DNA from: Ramazzottius varieornatus
Lineage: Eukaryota; Animalia; Tardigrada
Direction of reading: 5' to 3'
Assembly: GCA_001949185.1 (NCBI GenBank)
Contig: BDGG01000001.1
Location: 510,128-574,127, forward strand
Length of the DNA: 64,000 bases
The position numbers were made by a program, and so were the translations under genes. Below are positions 49,663-61,413 of this stretch, piece after piece; the first letter of the stretch is position 1; each line of letters opens with the position of its first letter. The notes beneath the pieces were generated by a model. The model ran no database searches. It saw only the letters and a program-made list of their open reading frames with translations, and was not told where the DNA came from.

Positions 49663-49810
49663 CGCGCAAGGCGAGAAATTACGGTACGGTAAAAATTATG
49701 AGACAGACCGAAAGGAAGGCGAAATGGAAATTCGACCGTAGAAAAGTGTTGAAAAATGTATTACTGTGAATCGGACGCGTTCGTACGTGCTCCCGTACCG
49801 CCGTAGCGTA
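49663..49810. mobile_element. Partial copy of the CAC...GTG ~190-bp MITE family
   Basis: aaatggaaattcgaccgtagaaaagtg...tgtgaatcgg...gtaccgccgtagcg matches the 9579 copy (reverse) and the 55507 copy. Confidence 0.7.
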
Positions 49811-51084
49811 TAGCCGGCTTTATTAGGCTGACTGTTTGACTGACTGTTCAGAACGTGACGTATCAGCACGCCTGACGCCTGTGTAGGGTGACGTACAAGA
49901 GCTCGTATGCGATCGTTTGATCGCTCTAACTGATACATGCTCGCAGTCTTTGGACTGGTGCCCGAAAGAGCTTCCCGTACTGCCGCAAACTGCCGACTCA
50001 CACAGCAGTCTGGCAAGCTTTTCCGGGATCTAATCTCGGTGCAACTTGCCTAAATTGTTGGCAACATTGTCTGTGCGCAGTGCTTGCCGGCAGAGAAACG
50101 TTCGCCGTCGTACAGCAATCGTATGATACGGACCATATACATGCAATCGCGGCGGGTACGGCGGCGTTGTGAATTATTAAGAGTGGCTATACCGTAGCGA
50201 AAAGGCCTGTACAGTCCAGTCGCTCGAAATGTGTCCAAAACTTTTTGGATTCTAACCACGAAAATCACTCACAGTCAACAATACTATTCACCATTCCTAT
50301 ACAGAAAGAAACGTGCTACTTGATTACTTGATTACCAACAAATCAGCTTCTTTTACGGATTCATCACGCCGTGCACAAGAACCCGTTTCATCGACTGTGG
50401 ACCCAAAGGCGAAGTAATTATGAGTCCTTCCATGCGAATTCAGGGATCCATTCGACTGGCTGTCCAGGTACCGGGAGTACTGTCTCCTGCCGGAGCTGGT
50501 AAAACACTGCCCTCAGATCAATCACATTGTTTTGTACGACATGGCTGGCCACTACCAAGATATACTGAACCTGCACTACAGAGATAACTTCCTGGGTTAA
50601 CTTCCCGGGTACCGAGAGTCACTTTCTGCAAGTGATTTGTGGAGGGTCATGCAGCACGTCGGAATGGATCGCTCGATCTGGATCTTCGATGACCGTGGCG
50701 CTTGTCGACGAAATTGTGCACCTCACAACTCGACGTAATTCTCCCGACGGTCAGCCTAAAGTTCGATCCAACTTTTGCGAAGCTTTATGTGTCGAAATAA
50801 TTCGAGATGGTGGAATTTTGTTCTGAAATATGACCATGCCCAAGCCAGACGGCGCTGCCGTAGTTTTTCCTAAAAGGAGTCTCAAAATTTTCCACTCATG
50901 GATGTGACGATCCTTCTTCATATTCGTGAACGGGTTTCGGCGGCCCAATTTTCATATGAACGTTCGCCCATCTGATTGTTCAGGATACGGCTTTGAAGTT
51001 TTGGGACCCCAAGGGCAAACTTAAACTGCTGATGCAGTCTGGTGTAACAGACATCAAGGAGTACAATGCTAAAGTCCCTTTAGC

Positions 51085-51350
51085 CGTCTGACCAGTGGTC
51101 AGATGACTTCGTTACAAAAGGCGGAGGGTAATCCAAAGTTTCGGCTGACAAAATTTTGACGATTCAACAACGTCACACAGCCCGAACGTGCGTCTGCATC
51201 TGTTCTGACAGTAAGTCCCCATGTGGGGGTGCTTTAGCTACTAATCACCCCTGGATTTTTCGGCAAAATCTTCTCGAAAGTGCGAGCAGTTCTGCGAAAC
51301 TTCTATACGTGGCGAAGCGTGGCGGCTCAACTACGCGATGCTCTTGAGTA
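51085..51350 (+). repeat. Dispersed ~260-bp repeat, copy 2 (see 4488-4745)
   Basis: Collinear similarity starting at cgtctgaccagtggtca. Confidence 0.6.
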
Positions 51351-52362
51351 CGCTGAACAATCTGATGTCAAAAAGTGTACTTTGAAAGCAGAAAAAGTCG
51401 CATTAAAATTGGGCCGCCGAAACCCAAATGCTGCCGCTTTTTGTCTCCGACATCTTTTCACTCACCGCTTCTTTCTTCAGCACGTAATATTATGACTTTG
51501 GTCGAGTAATATAACACTTCCACCGTATCACTCATCTTCGTAGCTAGAGAGCCAACTCATTCTGTGTCAGCATCCCGTCAAAGTTTTCTGTCAGAATGAT
51601 TAGTGGAGCGAAATATCCTCGTACATCATCTCATATCGGTCCAGCCTTCTTACTTCTTGGCTTTTGAGACCAAGCCACGATGATGATGAACGGCCTTCGC
51701 ATGAGAAGATCCGCAAGAGGAAGATAGGGAAACCGGGCAGAAGTGTACTAGAGGAAGGAGATGATCTTAATCATCGTGTCTTTGACAGCCCATCTTTATT
51801 GCTTCGAAAAAGACAGCAAGAAGAGGAGCAGCACTATCATGTACGTAAAGCACCCAATATGCACTGCTTTTGTCAGTTCAGATCACCATCATATCGTACA
51901 GTTTTAGTACAATTGTTTACCATGAGCAACAAGTGCACGCGCTCTACATAAGCTCACTCAAAACTCCAATTCCTGATTTTAACTTACTGGATATCGGGTT
52001 CTTCTACTGCATAAATTTTTATTCTCTCCCGGCGCCATATCGATAGTGCAGCAATGGATATGTGGAATTTTAACATGGACGAAAAATGCGAATCGGCTTA
52101 CTGCGCCGTTCCCGATGTGGATGATACTGATGTAAGTGACGTTTTTCCAGAACAAAGGTTGAAAAAGAATCTCCATGATTTCTCGTTTCGAATAAGTGGT
52201 AAATTTGCGACGATGATCAGAAGTGTATAGAAGACACGGTCATTTCGGCAAATTGACCTCTTTCTGTCAATATGATAAGCCTTGGACAACCCAAAACTAA
52301 CTTTTCTTGCCTTGTTCAGTGTTGACAAAATTTGCAATAAAAGTAATAGAGCTGTATTTCAG

Positions 52363-52983
52363 AGGCAGCAATGTGGTGTACCGGACGGTCACTACCTTCC
52401 GGAATATTCCACTTCTTCGTACGAAACATTATCGACCTGTGCCACGCCCTTTTCCAAGCCCTGCAAACGGCGCCCTTCCAAGAAGCGCAAGCAGCCGCTA
52501 TCCGACAACGAGAACGGCACTGCTTCTTATCAGTCCACCTACCCCTTATCCTACAAATACTCCCGCTCCGAAGGTACTCCCGACGTCTCCAAAGCCAGTC
52601 CATCCACACAAGCCGACCTACAAGAGCAACGGGCCTTAGCCAACGTCCGCGAGCGACAGCGAACCCAAAGCTTGAACGAAGCCTTCACATCACTCCGAAA
52701 GGTCGTGCCGACTCTGCCTAGCGACAAACTCAGCAAGATCCAGACGTTGAAGCTAGCTAGTCGTTACATTGACTTCCTGTGTCACATTCTTCAAAGTCCG
52801 GACGGCAGCCTGACTTATCCCGCTCAGTCTACACCACAAGATTTCGAAGTGATGAAACATCTCCTGCCGCCATTACCCTATGGACAATCTATCGGCAACG
52901 CTTCCTGCTTTCTTGTCAACGACCGGCTCAGTTACGCTTTTAGTGTCTGGCGAATGGAAGGAGCTTGGCAGTCTAATATGTAA
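52363..52983 (+). CDS. twist: Twist bHLH transcription factor (main coding exon; the start codon is probably in a short upstream exon)
   Basis: [51 protein letters not shown] plus WR motif [15 protein letters not shown]. Acceptor tttcag ends at 52362. A candidate ATGTAC|gtaaag mini-exon lies at 51839-51844 (uncertain). Confidence 0.95.
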   Translation, partial: RQQCGVPDGHYLPEYSTSSYETLSTCATPFSKPCKRRPSKKRKQPLSDNENGTASYQSTYPLSYKYSRSEGTPDVSKASPSTQADLQEQRALANVRERQRTQSLNEAFTSLRKVVPTLPSDKLSKIQTLKLASRYIDFLCHILQSPDGSLTYPAQSTPQDFEVMKHLLPPLPYGQSIGNASCFLVNDRLSYAFSVWRMEGAWQSNM

Positions 52984-55180
52984 ATGTTTTCTTCCCAGCA
53001 GAAAGTTTGGTATACTACCAGATTGGCAGCAAAATGCACAGCTGTCCGTAATGGTCAGTTGCGAATATGTACTTTACTAGCAGCTTATTTCTAAGCGTTT
53101 GCAAACATATTCTAACATGTTTTGATATGACGGCCGATTTTGTTTATGCACTGTCAGCAGTAAATATTGGACAGAAGCCGCATCCTAAATTCACGAGGCA
53201 TCTCAGAGGTTTCGAGAAACTCCAGCTCCTGTCAATTTACGACGATGTCGGATGGTTGAAATGATAAGGTGGCTGGTCAAGTGTACCATTATAGCTGGTC
53301 AATCAGCAGGCCGATCAGATAAGGCGTGAGAGATGCCGCTTGCTTGTTTTCCGCTCTGATTCCCCCACACCACCGATAAGACGAACGAGGATGATAATTA
53401 AAATTTGTCAGAGACTTCCATAAAGATGAATCGATATGCTCATCAGCCAGCTTCCTTCCCCCGATAACTCTCAAAATTCTGATGGATACCATCACAATCA
53501 TATTCCTATTCGGTTCGATCAAGGGGCAAAAAAGATCCAGCAACGATTCATATTAAAAACCAGGTTCATTCATTTCGACGTTTCAGGAGCCTGATCAGAA
53601 GTCCGTTCACGTCCGCTTGAGTATCAGGACTTCGCAAAGCGAATGCAGAGCCTGATTTTTCGAATTTCTTCTACGAGTATTTCTTGAAATCTGACATCCT
53701 CAAACTGCAGCCGTTGCTTCGTTCCACTCCTTCCCGGTGGTATTCACGTCTCTCGATGATCCACAGTGCATCTCCAATGGGAAATAACCCTTACCATAAT
53801 AAGACAAAAGCCTACAATGGGAAGTGCCAGTGAGTTGTTGACATATCACTAATTAACTCATTACACCTTAATCGCTACACAGCGGTCACTTGTCTAGTGC
53901 TGGCCGTCCATTCAACCAGGCGAAAAACGTTGGCTGTAACCCGAGCTTCTTTTGCTGTTACACCTGCGTCTGCAGCTACCCAAGTACCCTAATGGAGGAA
54001 AGCTGATGCGCATATCTGGATGTTGGACAAACATGTTATGTTTATAGGGAAAAGGACTGGTGTTTATGACATGGCGTGCTGTGTACCACACATTGTGCTG
54101 GGAGTGTCCTTCTTCACTTGCCCCTTCCTCGAAGAAACTCGGCGCTGTAATGGCTGAAAGAGATCCGCGCACAGATTGCCAAACACCCACGGCGATGAAG
54201 GAAGCCTAAACATCCTCCAAATACATGCTCTAAGTTGAATGGGTTACACATGGAAACGCACGAGTGCAAACAGGGGAAGGCACAGTGGTTGACTTTAATG
54301 GACAACATGTGGGCTTCTACAAGTAATTCATTTCCCGTCAACAAGTCCACTTGTTGTTCTAAATTTGTCGACTGAGCATATTTATGAGCCATTATAGATT
54401 CTGAGCGCAACATGGTAGTTTATGCCTTATTGCACATTATTTGGGAGCTCGGCGCGCCAGCACAACCCGATCGTCTTCCCAAGTGGCGCACGGTCTCGAT
54501 GATGCCGAATAGAAACATCGAAAAACTTCGAAAAACGACCAGGTATACCTTTCTGCCTAGCTCACGTTTGTTGGAATGTGGTGGAATGGAAAACTCCCCT
54601 GTCACTTGAAATCGACCTTCTCAAACCGTGCCAGACTCAGGACCACAGATTATACTGTAGCTCAAGATCATGTAGTAGGGAAGGCGAGTATCTGGTCCGT
54701 AACTTTCTCTGGATTCAGCTTAAAGTCCCATGGAGTGCAGCAGAACAGTAGATCATAGGCAGCAATCAAATCTGGTGGCCAGGATCGAATTTCTTCCAGA
54801 CTATCGCCGACGCGTCGGTAAAATTTTACGCCAGATTTCGATCAGCTTCCGTGTGGCGTGTTAAGTGCCCCAAAACAAGGGCGGCGTACAGCTGTAAACA
54901 ATGCCGCCACAATAAACAGGGCCAAATACCGGACCACACAACAAGGATGCGATCTCCAGTCAGCGCGAAGCCTCGGAGAAAAGGCTAGGCAAAAAATTCA
55001 CGAGTCCAACGTACTCCTGTTGCGTTTTCGAAGTGCCGGTAGTTGACATGACGACCTTGTACTCTAACGAAGCACGAAGGAAACCGTAAAAAAAGTGAAC
55101 AGGACTCGCAACTCGCTCCGCGTCCTTCTGTTGACTTTCGACTACACTGACCACAATCAAAATGGTCTGTTTGTCGCGTG

Positions 55181-56371
55181 ATGAAGATCGACCTGCGCTT
55201 TCCACCATTTAGATTTTTCGTCGCTTGGTTTTCCTTTGGTGTGTGTATCACAACCGGAATCGGCTGCTTATTCTTCATTGCCGGAATCGGTAAAACATCG
55301 GAGCGTTCGTCATCCGCTTTACACCGTTTGCGATACCCTGATCAACCCGGAAGTAATCAGTCGACACCGTCATCTTCGAATTCTAGCGGAATTGCCGAGT
55401 GTAAGCTCCCTGTCGTTCCTCCGACAAATATTTACTGGTTGATATTTGACGCAGTCTTTTGTTTTCATCGATTACATTTCTAAAGAAAAATATCACGGTT
55501 ACCGTACACGCTGGACGAGACATCATGAGCCAGTACAAATTACGGGGCGAGGCGGAAAAGACGGCAAAAATGAAATTCGAACGTAGAAAAGGTGAAAAGT
55601 CCATTAGTGTGAATCAGTCGCGTGCGTACGTTCTTCTGTATCGCCGCAGCGAAAAGGTCGTGTCAATAATTTTTACCAGCCCATAAGTCCTCGTCGTGAG
55701 TGTACTGAGAGATGTGAGAAAAAAATACGAGGACTTTCAGCTGATTTAGGTAGTAACTCAAACAGTTTCTGAACCAGTTTTAAGGCTGTGGGGACGCGTC
55801 AAGTCAGTCCGGATTTTTCCTTCTACGATTTTCTACACGTCAACGTTATCTGGTTGTTCTGCTTCCAGTTGATATTCCTCAAGTCTGCCTCAACTTTTCC
55901 TCCGTCGTTGCGTCCGTCAACCAGATTAAAGCGCAGACTTCAGCTCTACGTGTCTCCCTCTACTCTTCCGGTGTTCACTGGACCATCGCCCAGTACCAGA
56001 GACATTACGGCTTCCCCATCTACGTTCTTTGTATCCTGTCCGCCTTCGTCGCACTGATCGCTACCTTGATCAACTGCGTATGGCCACCCGAAGACGACAT
56101 GGATTCTCCGCCTGGCTCGAACTACAAAGTGCGGAAGATTCGCATGCGTGTACCGCAGAAGCATCAACGATGGTCAGGCTACGTGTACACCCACTTGGAG
56201 TCTCCGCGACCAGGTGGCGACAATGTGGCGCTGGTGGAGAGTTCCTCCGGACAGAGTGGCATGAAGAACAGAAGGGACGATGAGACTATGTTTGACCGGG
56301 GAACCATGCAATTTCTGCAGAAGACTATTACTGCCTGTGAAGCGCAACCTCAGCAACCTGATTACACATGA
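55181..56371 (+). CDS. Putative orphan two-transmembrane protein (~200 aa), exons ~55181-55289 and ~55869-56371
   Basis: A phase-compatible GT/AG join gives TM1 (FFVAWFSFGVCITTGIGCLFFIAGI), a loop, TM2 (FPIYVLCILSAFVALIATLINCVW) and a hydrophilic tail. AATAAA follows at ~56640 and ~56695. No family recognised. Confidence 0.45.
55507..55702. mobile_element. CAC...GTG ~190-bp MITE, TA-flanked
   Basis: TA|cacgctggacgag...ctcgtcgtgagtg|TA. Internal match to 9579-9764. Confidence 0.75.
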
Positions 56372-57217
56372 TTGCCTTAACTTTGTCGATCAGATTTTCG
56401 CCCGCTTTCCGATTGTTTACAGTATACAAGATGCATCCATGCAGGTGATACCTAGTACAGTCACAATTAAGATCGTTGTTATTGATGGTGTATTGATTCG
56501 GATGATCACCTGCAAGGCTGCCTTTCGTACACTTTATTCCAAAGTTTCCATCTTTATCATTGAAATATGGTTTACCGAGCTGCAAACTACTCCATCTGCG
56601 CTACCATCTTATGCCTAAGAAATTAACTGTGCATGGTAGAATAAAAGTGTAATGATGAGAAACAATTGGTGGAGCCACCTGTACAGTCTCAGAAAATAAA
56701 GATTCGGATTTCTTATGAAAAGAGGATGTAGATGGTAGACACTAGAGAACTGGAAAAGAACGCCCCTGACCGCTAGCACTCCAGCAAAAGAGTGCAGCCT
56801 ATCGATACCAAGAATACGATCCCGCAGTCGACCGAAAACTTCGCTTTCCCTGCGGCTGAAGCAAAGCTCGTCTTCGCTTGACGTTAACGCGTGTTTGGTC
56901 CATTCTGCTCAACTTCGGACTGAGAATAAGATCAAGATGGCGTTCGACAATTGATATTCGTGGAATTCGGGGCGATATGAAGGTAGTCCAGTACTGCGCC
57001 GCTCTCTTGGAACTATGGAACCGTCGGAACGCTGCTCGTACATGACGTCATCTTTGGAATTCCCTTACCACATTAGTTGATTGAACGGTTGTTGATTCAG
57101 GGACTTACATCAAGCTTCTTGGTTTTCTTCTCGACAAAGCCAAGAAATAAGGTTTAATCTCTCGCGCGTGTCTCTGATCGCTGAAAAGACCACTTGTACC
57201 ATCTGACGTCGAGCGCG

Positions 57218-58998
57218 ATGGAGGAGAAACCTCGCATGGAACGGATCAAATGGGTGGACACGGCGTCAGAGCCACTGGAAGGACATCGAGCACAGAGGCG
57301 GGTCAGCCCATTGAAGGATTTTCTGGCTGGAGGCTTCGGAGGAACGTGTCTGGTTGTCGTCGGACATCCTTTGGATACTGTAAAGGTAAGACAGTCCTAC
57401 TGAGAAGCAAATCATCGGTTGAGCGGTCGGAAAATGAGTTGGTTGTTCTGTTGCAGGTCCGGTTACAAACGATGCCCAAAGTGGCACCCGGCAGTGTACC
57501 TCTCTACACTGGCACGTTGGATTGCTTCCAGAAGACCATCAAACAAGAGGTAAAACAACCCTGAAGTCTTGGTATTTTTCATGTATTTTTTCGAGTTGAA
57601 AAGGCGACCAGGTTGTCCCGAAGAGAGTAAGAAAAGAGATCGATTCAACGGACGAAATTTGACATTTTGACTTCCGGTTGTAACACTATAGCTTGCCGTC
57701 ATAATACATGGTTTTGTGGTGAGCTGTAAGGTCTGTCGCTGTCGTTGCAGGGTTTCAGGGGCCTTTACAAGGGAATGGGTGCACCTCTCGCTGGCGTCGC
57801 TCCTATCTTCGCAGTTTCCTTCTTTGGTTTTGGACTAGGGAAGAAGCTTCTACAGAAGCATCCAGACGAGAAACTCACGTAAGGAGGCGTATAGAATGTC
57901 TGGCTGAAAGGTTATGGAAAGCGGGGTTTTGTTTTCAGTGCATTGCAGCTCTTTCAAGCCGGATGTCTGGCCGGTGTTTTCACCACGGCCATCATGGCTC
58001 CTGGTGAAAGAATAAAATCTCTTCTGCAGGTGGGACGAAGGCGGCTGTTTCTTGTTTGCAGACAGAGCGCAGCTGACAAATTTTCTAGTGAAACTCTACT
58101 CCTTTGGAGAGAATTTTCTGGAAATCTGTATTTCTAGCATTGCCAGCAATATTTCCAGTTTGTCAAATGTATGTTAACTTTTAGCTTTCCTGTAGGTCCA
58201 GCACGGTCAAACACAGCCAAAGTATTCCGGTCCTCTCGACGTCGTCAAGAAACTTTATGCGGAAGGTGGTCTGAAGAGTGTCTTCCGGGGCACTGGTGCC
58301 ACGCTTCTTCGCGACGTTCCAGCCAGCGGCGTTTACTTCATGTCCTACGAATGGCTAAAGAAAGCCGTCACACCACCTGGTGAAGATCCCTCCAAGATCA
58401 ACCCTCTACGCTCCATCCTGGCTGGTGGGACAGCCGGCATACTCAACTGGATAGTGGCACTTCCGCCTGACGTCCTGAAATCTCGTCTGCAGACTGCCGC
58501 TGAGGGAACTTACCCTAACGGCATGAGGGATGTCTTTAGGGAACTCATGAGGGAGGAAGGACCCAGAGGACTGTTCAAAGGCATCACACCGGTCATGCTG
58601 AGAGCGTTTCCCTCAAATGCCGTAAGGCTCTTCACCAAACCCGACTTCTATTTGCACTGCACCATAGTTTTCCAGTGTGACCAGAAAGATATAGAAATCA
58701 GGGAACTTCGTTTGCCATTCACGTGATGTCATACTTTATGAATAGACATTAGTGAACAATGGCCCGTGGAAAATAGAAAGCAGTGAGCCTTCAAGAACAT
58801 CGATTTTAACTGGAATTTGATATTTCTAAATTATACAGCTGCACAAAATTACAACAACAAACAACAGTGTAAAAAACAGTAAAAGGCACGGATTGTCGTT
58901 TAGGAAAGGGAAGCTAATGTTCTTTTGTATTGCAGGCATGCTTTTTAGGATACGAAGTAGCCATGAAGTTCCTCAACAACGCAGCACCGAACTTGTGA
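57218..58998 (+). CDS. SLC25A20: Mitochondrial carnitine/acylcarnitine translocase (SLC25A20/colt/dif-1), multi-exon
   Basis: [98 protein letters not shown]. Confidence 0.93.
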
Positions 58999-59050
58999 AG
59001 AGACTAAATCTGAAGCGACGGAAGTAGATTCTTTTCCGTGTTTCGTCTTC

Positions 59051-59995
59051 TCAGAACTGCAACAAAGAAGTTGATATTTTAACGGGGATTCTTTGATTTA
59101 TTTTATCCTGTTTTATCAGACTTGCCTTCTTAAGGAATTCTTCTGCACAGATGCGAGCTCGCGCATTGAGCGTTAATTTCATGTCACTAATTTCTTTGTC
59201 GATTTCCTCCATGAAACTAATGACGAAATCCACCAGCTTATGCTTGTACATCTGCTCGGTGTTAAAGTTGGTGATTAGGAAGCTGATATCGTACCCCTAA
59301 AAACAAATCAGCACGTTCAGAATGGACGGTTTTCCAACTGGCGCATGTTTGTGCAGCCCGACAATGCAAAGCTGCGCTACTTGACCGAAGAAACCAATAA
59401 ACATTGCATATCTTTAGTTAGATTTTTCGTCTGTCAGTCCAGCAAATATTCTCGAGAAGAAAAAATATACCTCGATAGGTTTCCTTCTCATGATTGAGAA
59501 GTTTTCAGCGCGCATAGCCATGAAACGCATGAATTTGTGGCAGAGAAGCTTCTCGATTTCATCGGCTTGCTTGATGGCGATGCTGACTCGAACGGAATTT
59601 ACGGAACCTTCGATCAGTACTCTTTCCTTCTCGTTTCTGCTGATCACTACCGGGTTGAGAAGAAGCTCCTTTGAAGATCTGTCAACAAGGATACAATGCA
59701 AAGCAACCTGAGGCAAGCCAACGCAACATAGAAAAGACAATCAGACCCCACCCCGATCAAGTGGCGCATCACGTAATATCTTGACACGGGTCTGTGCGCC
59801 ACAGCTATCATTCTCACCTGACTTCCACTTCGGGCTTGTTGTGCCTTTCCACCACTTGGCTATCAAAATTCTGGACACACAGCGCTGCCGTTAACGTTGC
59901 TCGAACGGCGTTAAGGTATGGACGTAATGTGGCAGACTGCGAACAGAACCATAGTTTCAATGGGTGATGAGGAGACTCAATGGTTGACTTACCAT
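59051..59995 (-). CDS. ARPC4: Arp2/3 complex subunit 4 (p20-Arc), multi-exon
   Basis: ATG-only first coding exon, then [45 protein letters not shown]-type motif, [29 protein letters not shown]|F*. Confidence 0.96.
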
Positions 59996-60295
59996 GTCGC
60001 CGTGATGCGAAGTGATGAGCCTGGTTCCAGCTTTCACTCCGTACAGACGGCTTCGAACACTTCCGTAGATGAGCAAACTATCCTTAAGTATGCGAACTCC
60101 TCTAATTGCGTGAAAACGGATGAAGGAAAAACAGACCGAGACCGTTTGCGTACTGAAGAATGAACTAGTTGTGGAAGTGAAAATTACCCAACAGGAAAGC
60201 TGGCTTGATTTTGATCGATTGTCCAATCCGTGAACTGATCAACAATCAAGCGGAAATGTCGAAGTAAAAGGGGTTTCTGCTGTCCGCTGTCAGTA

Positions 60296-60449
60296 CACAC
60301 GCCTGGACTAGTTACCGGCCTGGGAGAAATTTCCAGCCACCGGGCGAAACCGTCCTCCGCAAGCAAAACTGATCAATCAATCAAGGCGTTACCGCTTTCG
60401 GCCAGTGGCCGAAAATTTCGTCTAGCCCGGTATTTAGGCCAGGCGCGTG
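60296..60449. mobile_element. ~155-bp MITE with CAC...GTG termini, TA-flanked
   Basis: TA|cacacgcctggactagttaccggcctgggagaaatttcc ... aaatttcgtctagcccggtatttaggccaggcgcgtg|TA. Confidence 0.7.
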
Positions 60450-61413
60450 TACAGTATCAGATAACAATCATAACATCACCTACTAGTTACATCTTACACT
60501 TATGACGTTAAAGAGTAACATGTTCTCTTTGGTTGATTGTTGACTCAGTCGGGCTGGAGTCGACTTCTGAGTTCTGAACTTCTGATCCTGAAAGTCAGTA
60601 ACCTTTCCCAGCTGCTCTTCTCGTTTCCTGCTAATGCTGACGCTTCCCCGTTCGCCGACTCTGTCTCTTTCCAGGACTGCCCAGCAAGCGCTCATCAAGT
60701 GGAACCCTAAAGATAACCTCTTTTCGAGATACGCGCCCATGTTTTTCCCGAAGATTCTAGGGGTAATTCCCGAAAATTTGAAGCTACTGTCACATGGTGT
60801 AAGGGATATCGACGGAGGTCATGATACTGTACGTATAGTTGGGCAGTCGACAAAGCTTTCTGCGCATGAAATTGTGAATGCCTCTTCGCTTGGCATCCCA
60901 AAATACCGCAGAAAGATCTTGGAAATTGAAATACTCTGCCGCTTTATCAAACAACGCCGTGCCCTACAATTTCGTCGTCGGAATTAGAGTTATCCCTGCC
61001 ACGGTCGGTTGAGTTCTCTTTACTGCTGTCTATGTTATTCCAGGCACCGGTATGACTGCATGGATGATTGTTTGCCACACAGTGCATCAGACGCAGTTTC
61101 CGACAGCAGTAACTTAAGACCTACACGCACGTGGTCCAGCCTTGTACATAGCCTGCATACGACGACCGATAACGATAGTTTATTGTTCGCAAACAAGCGT
61201 TTCGTCCAGCAAAACTTGCAAAAGATGTGGACTACGCTGTTAGTAAAAGCACATATTGCAACTGCAGTCAACTACAGCAATATGATTGAAGCCTCAACCG
61301 CTCTCATATAGTACCGTTGACAAACTTCACCAAGCTCGCATCTTCGGTTTTGAGTTTGGGAAATTATAGCGTTTACTGGACGATTGTGACAGTACGTAAT
61401 TTACCAATGAACC

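Noticed and set aside
52282-52362. TTG-initiated N-terminus of the twist ORF
   Set aside because: It reads like intron sequence ending in a good acceptor (tttcag at 52362); the true start is probably upstream
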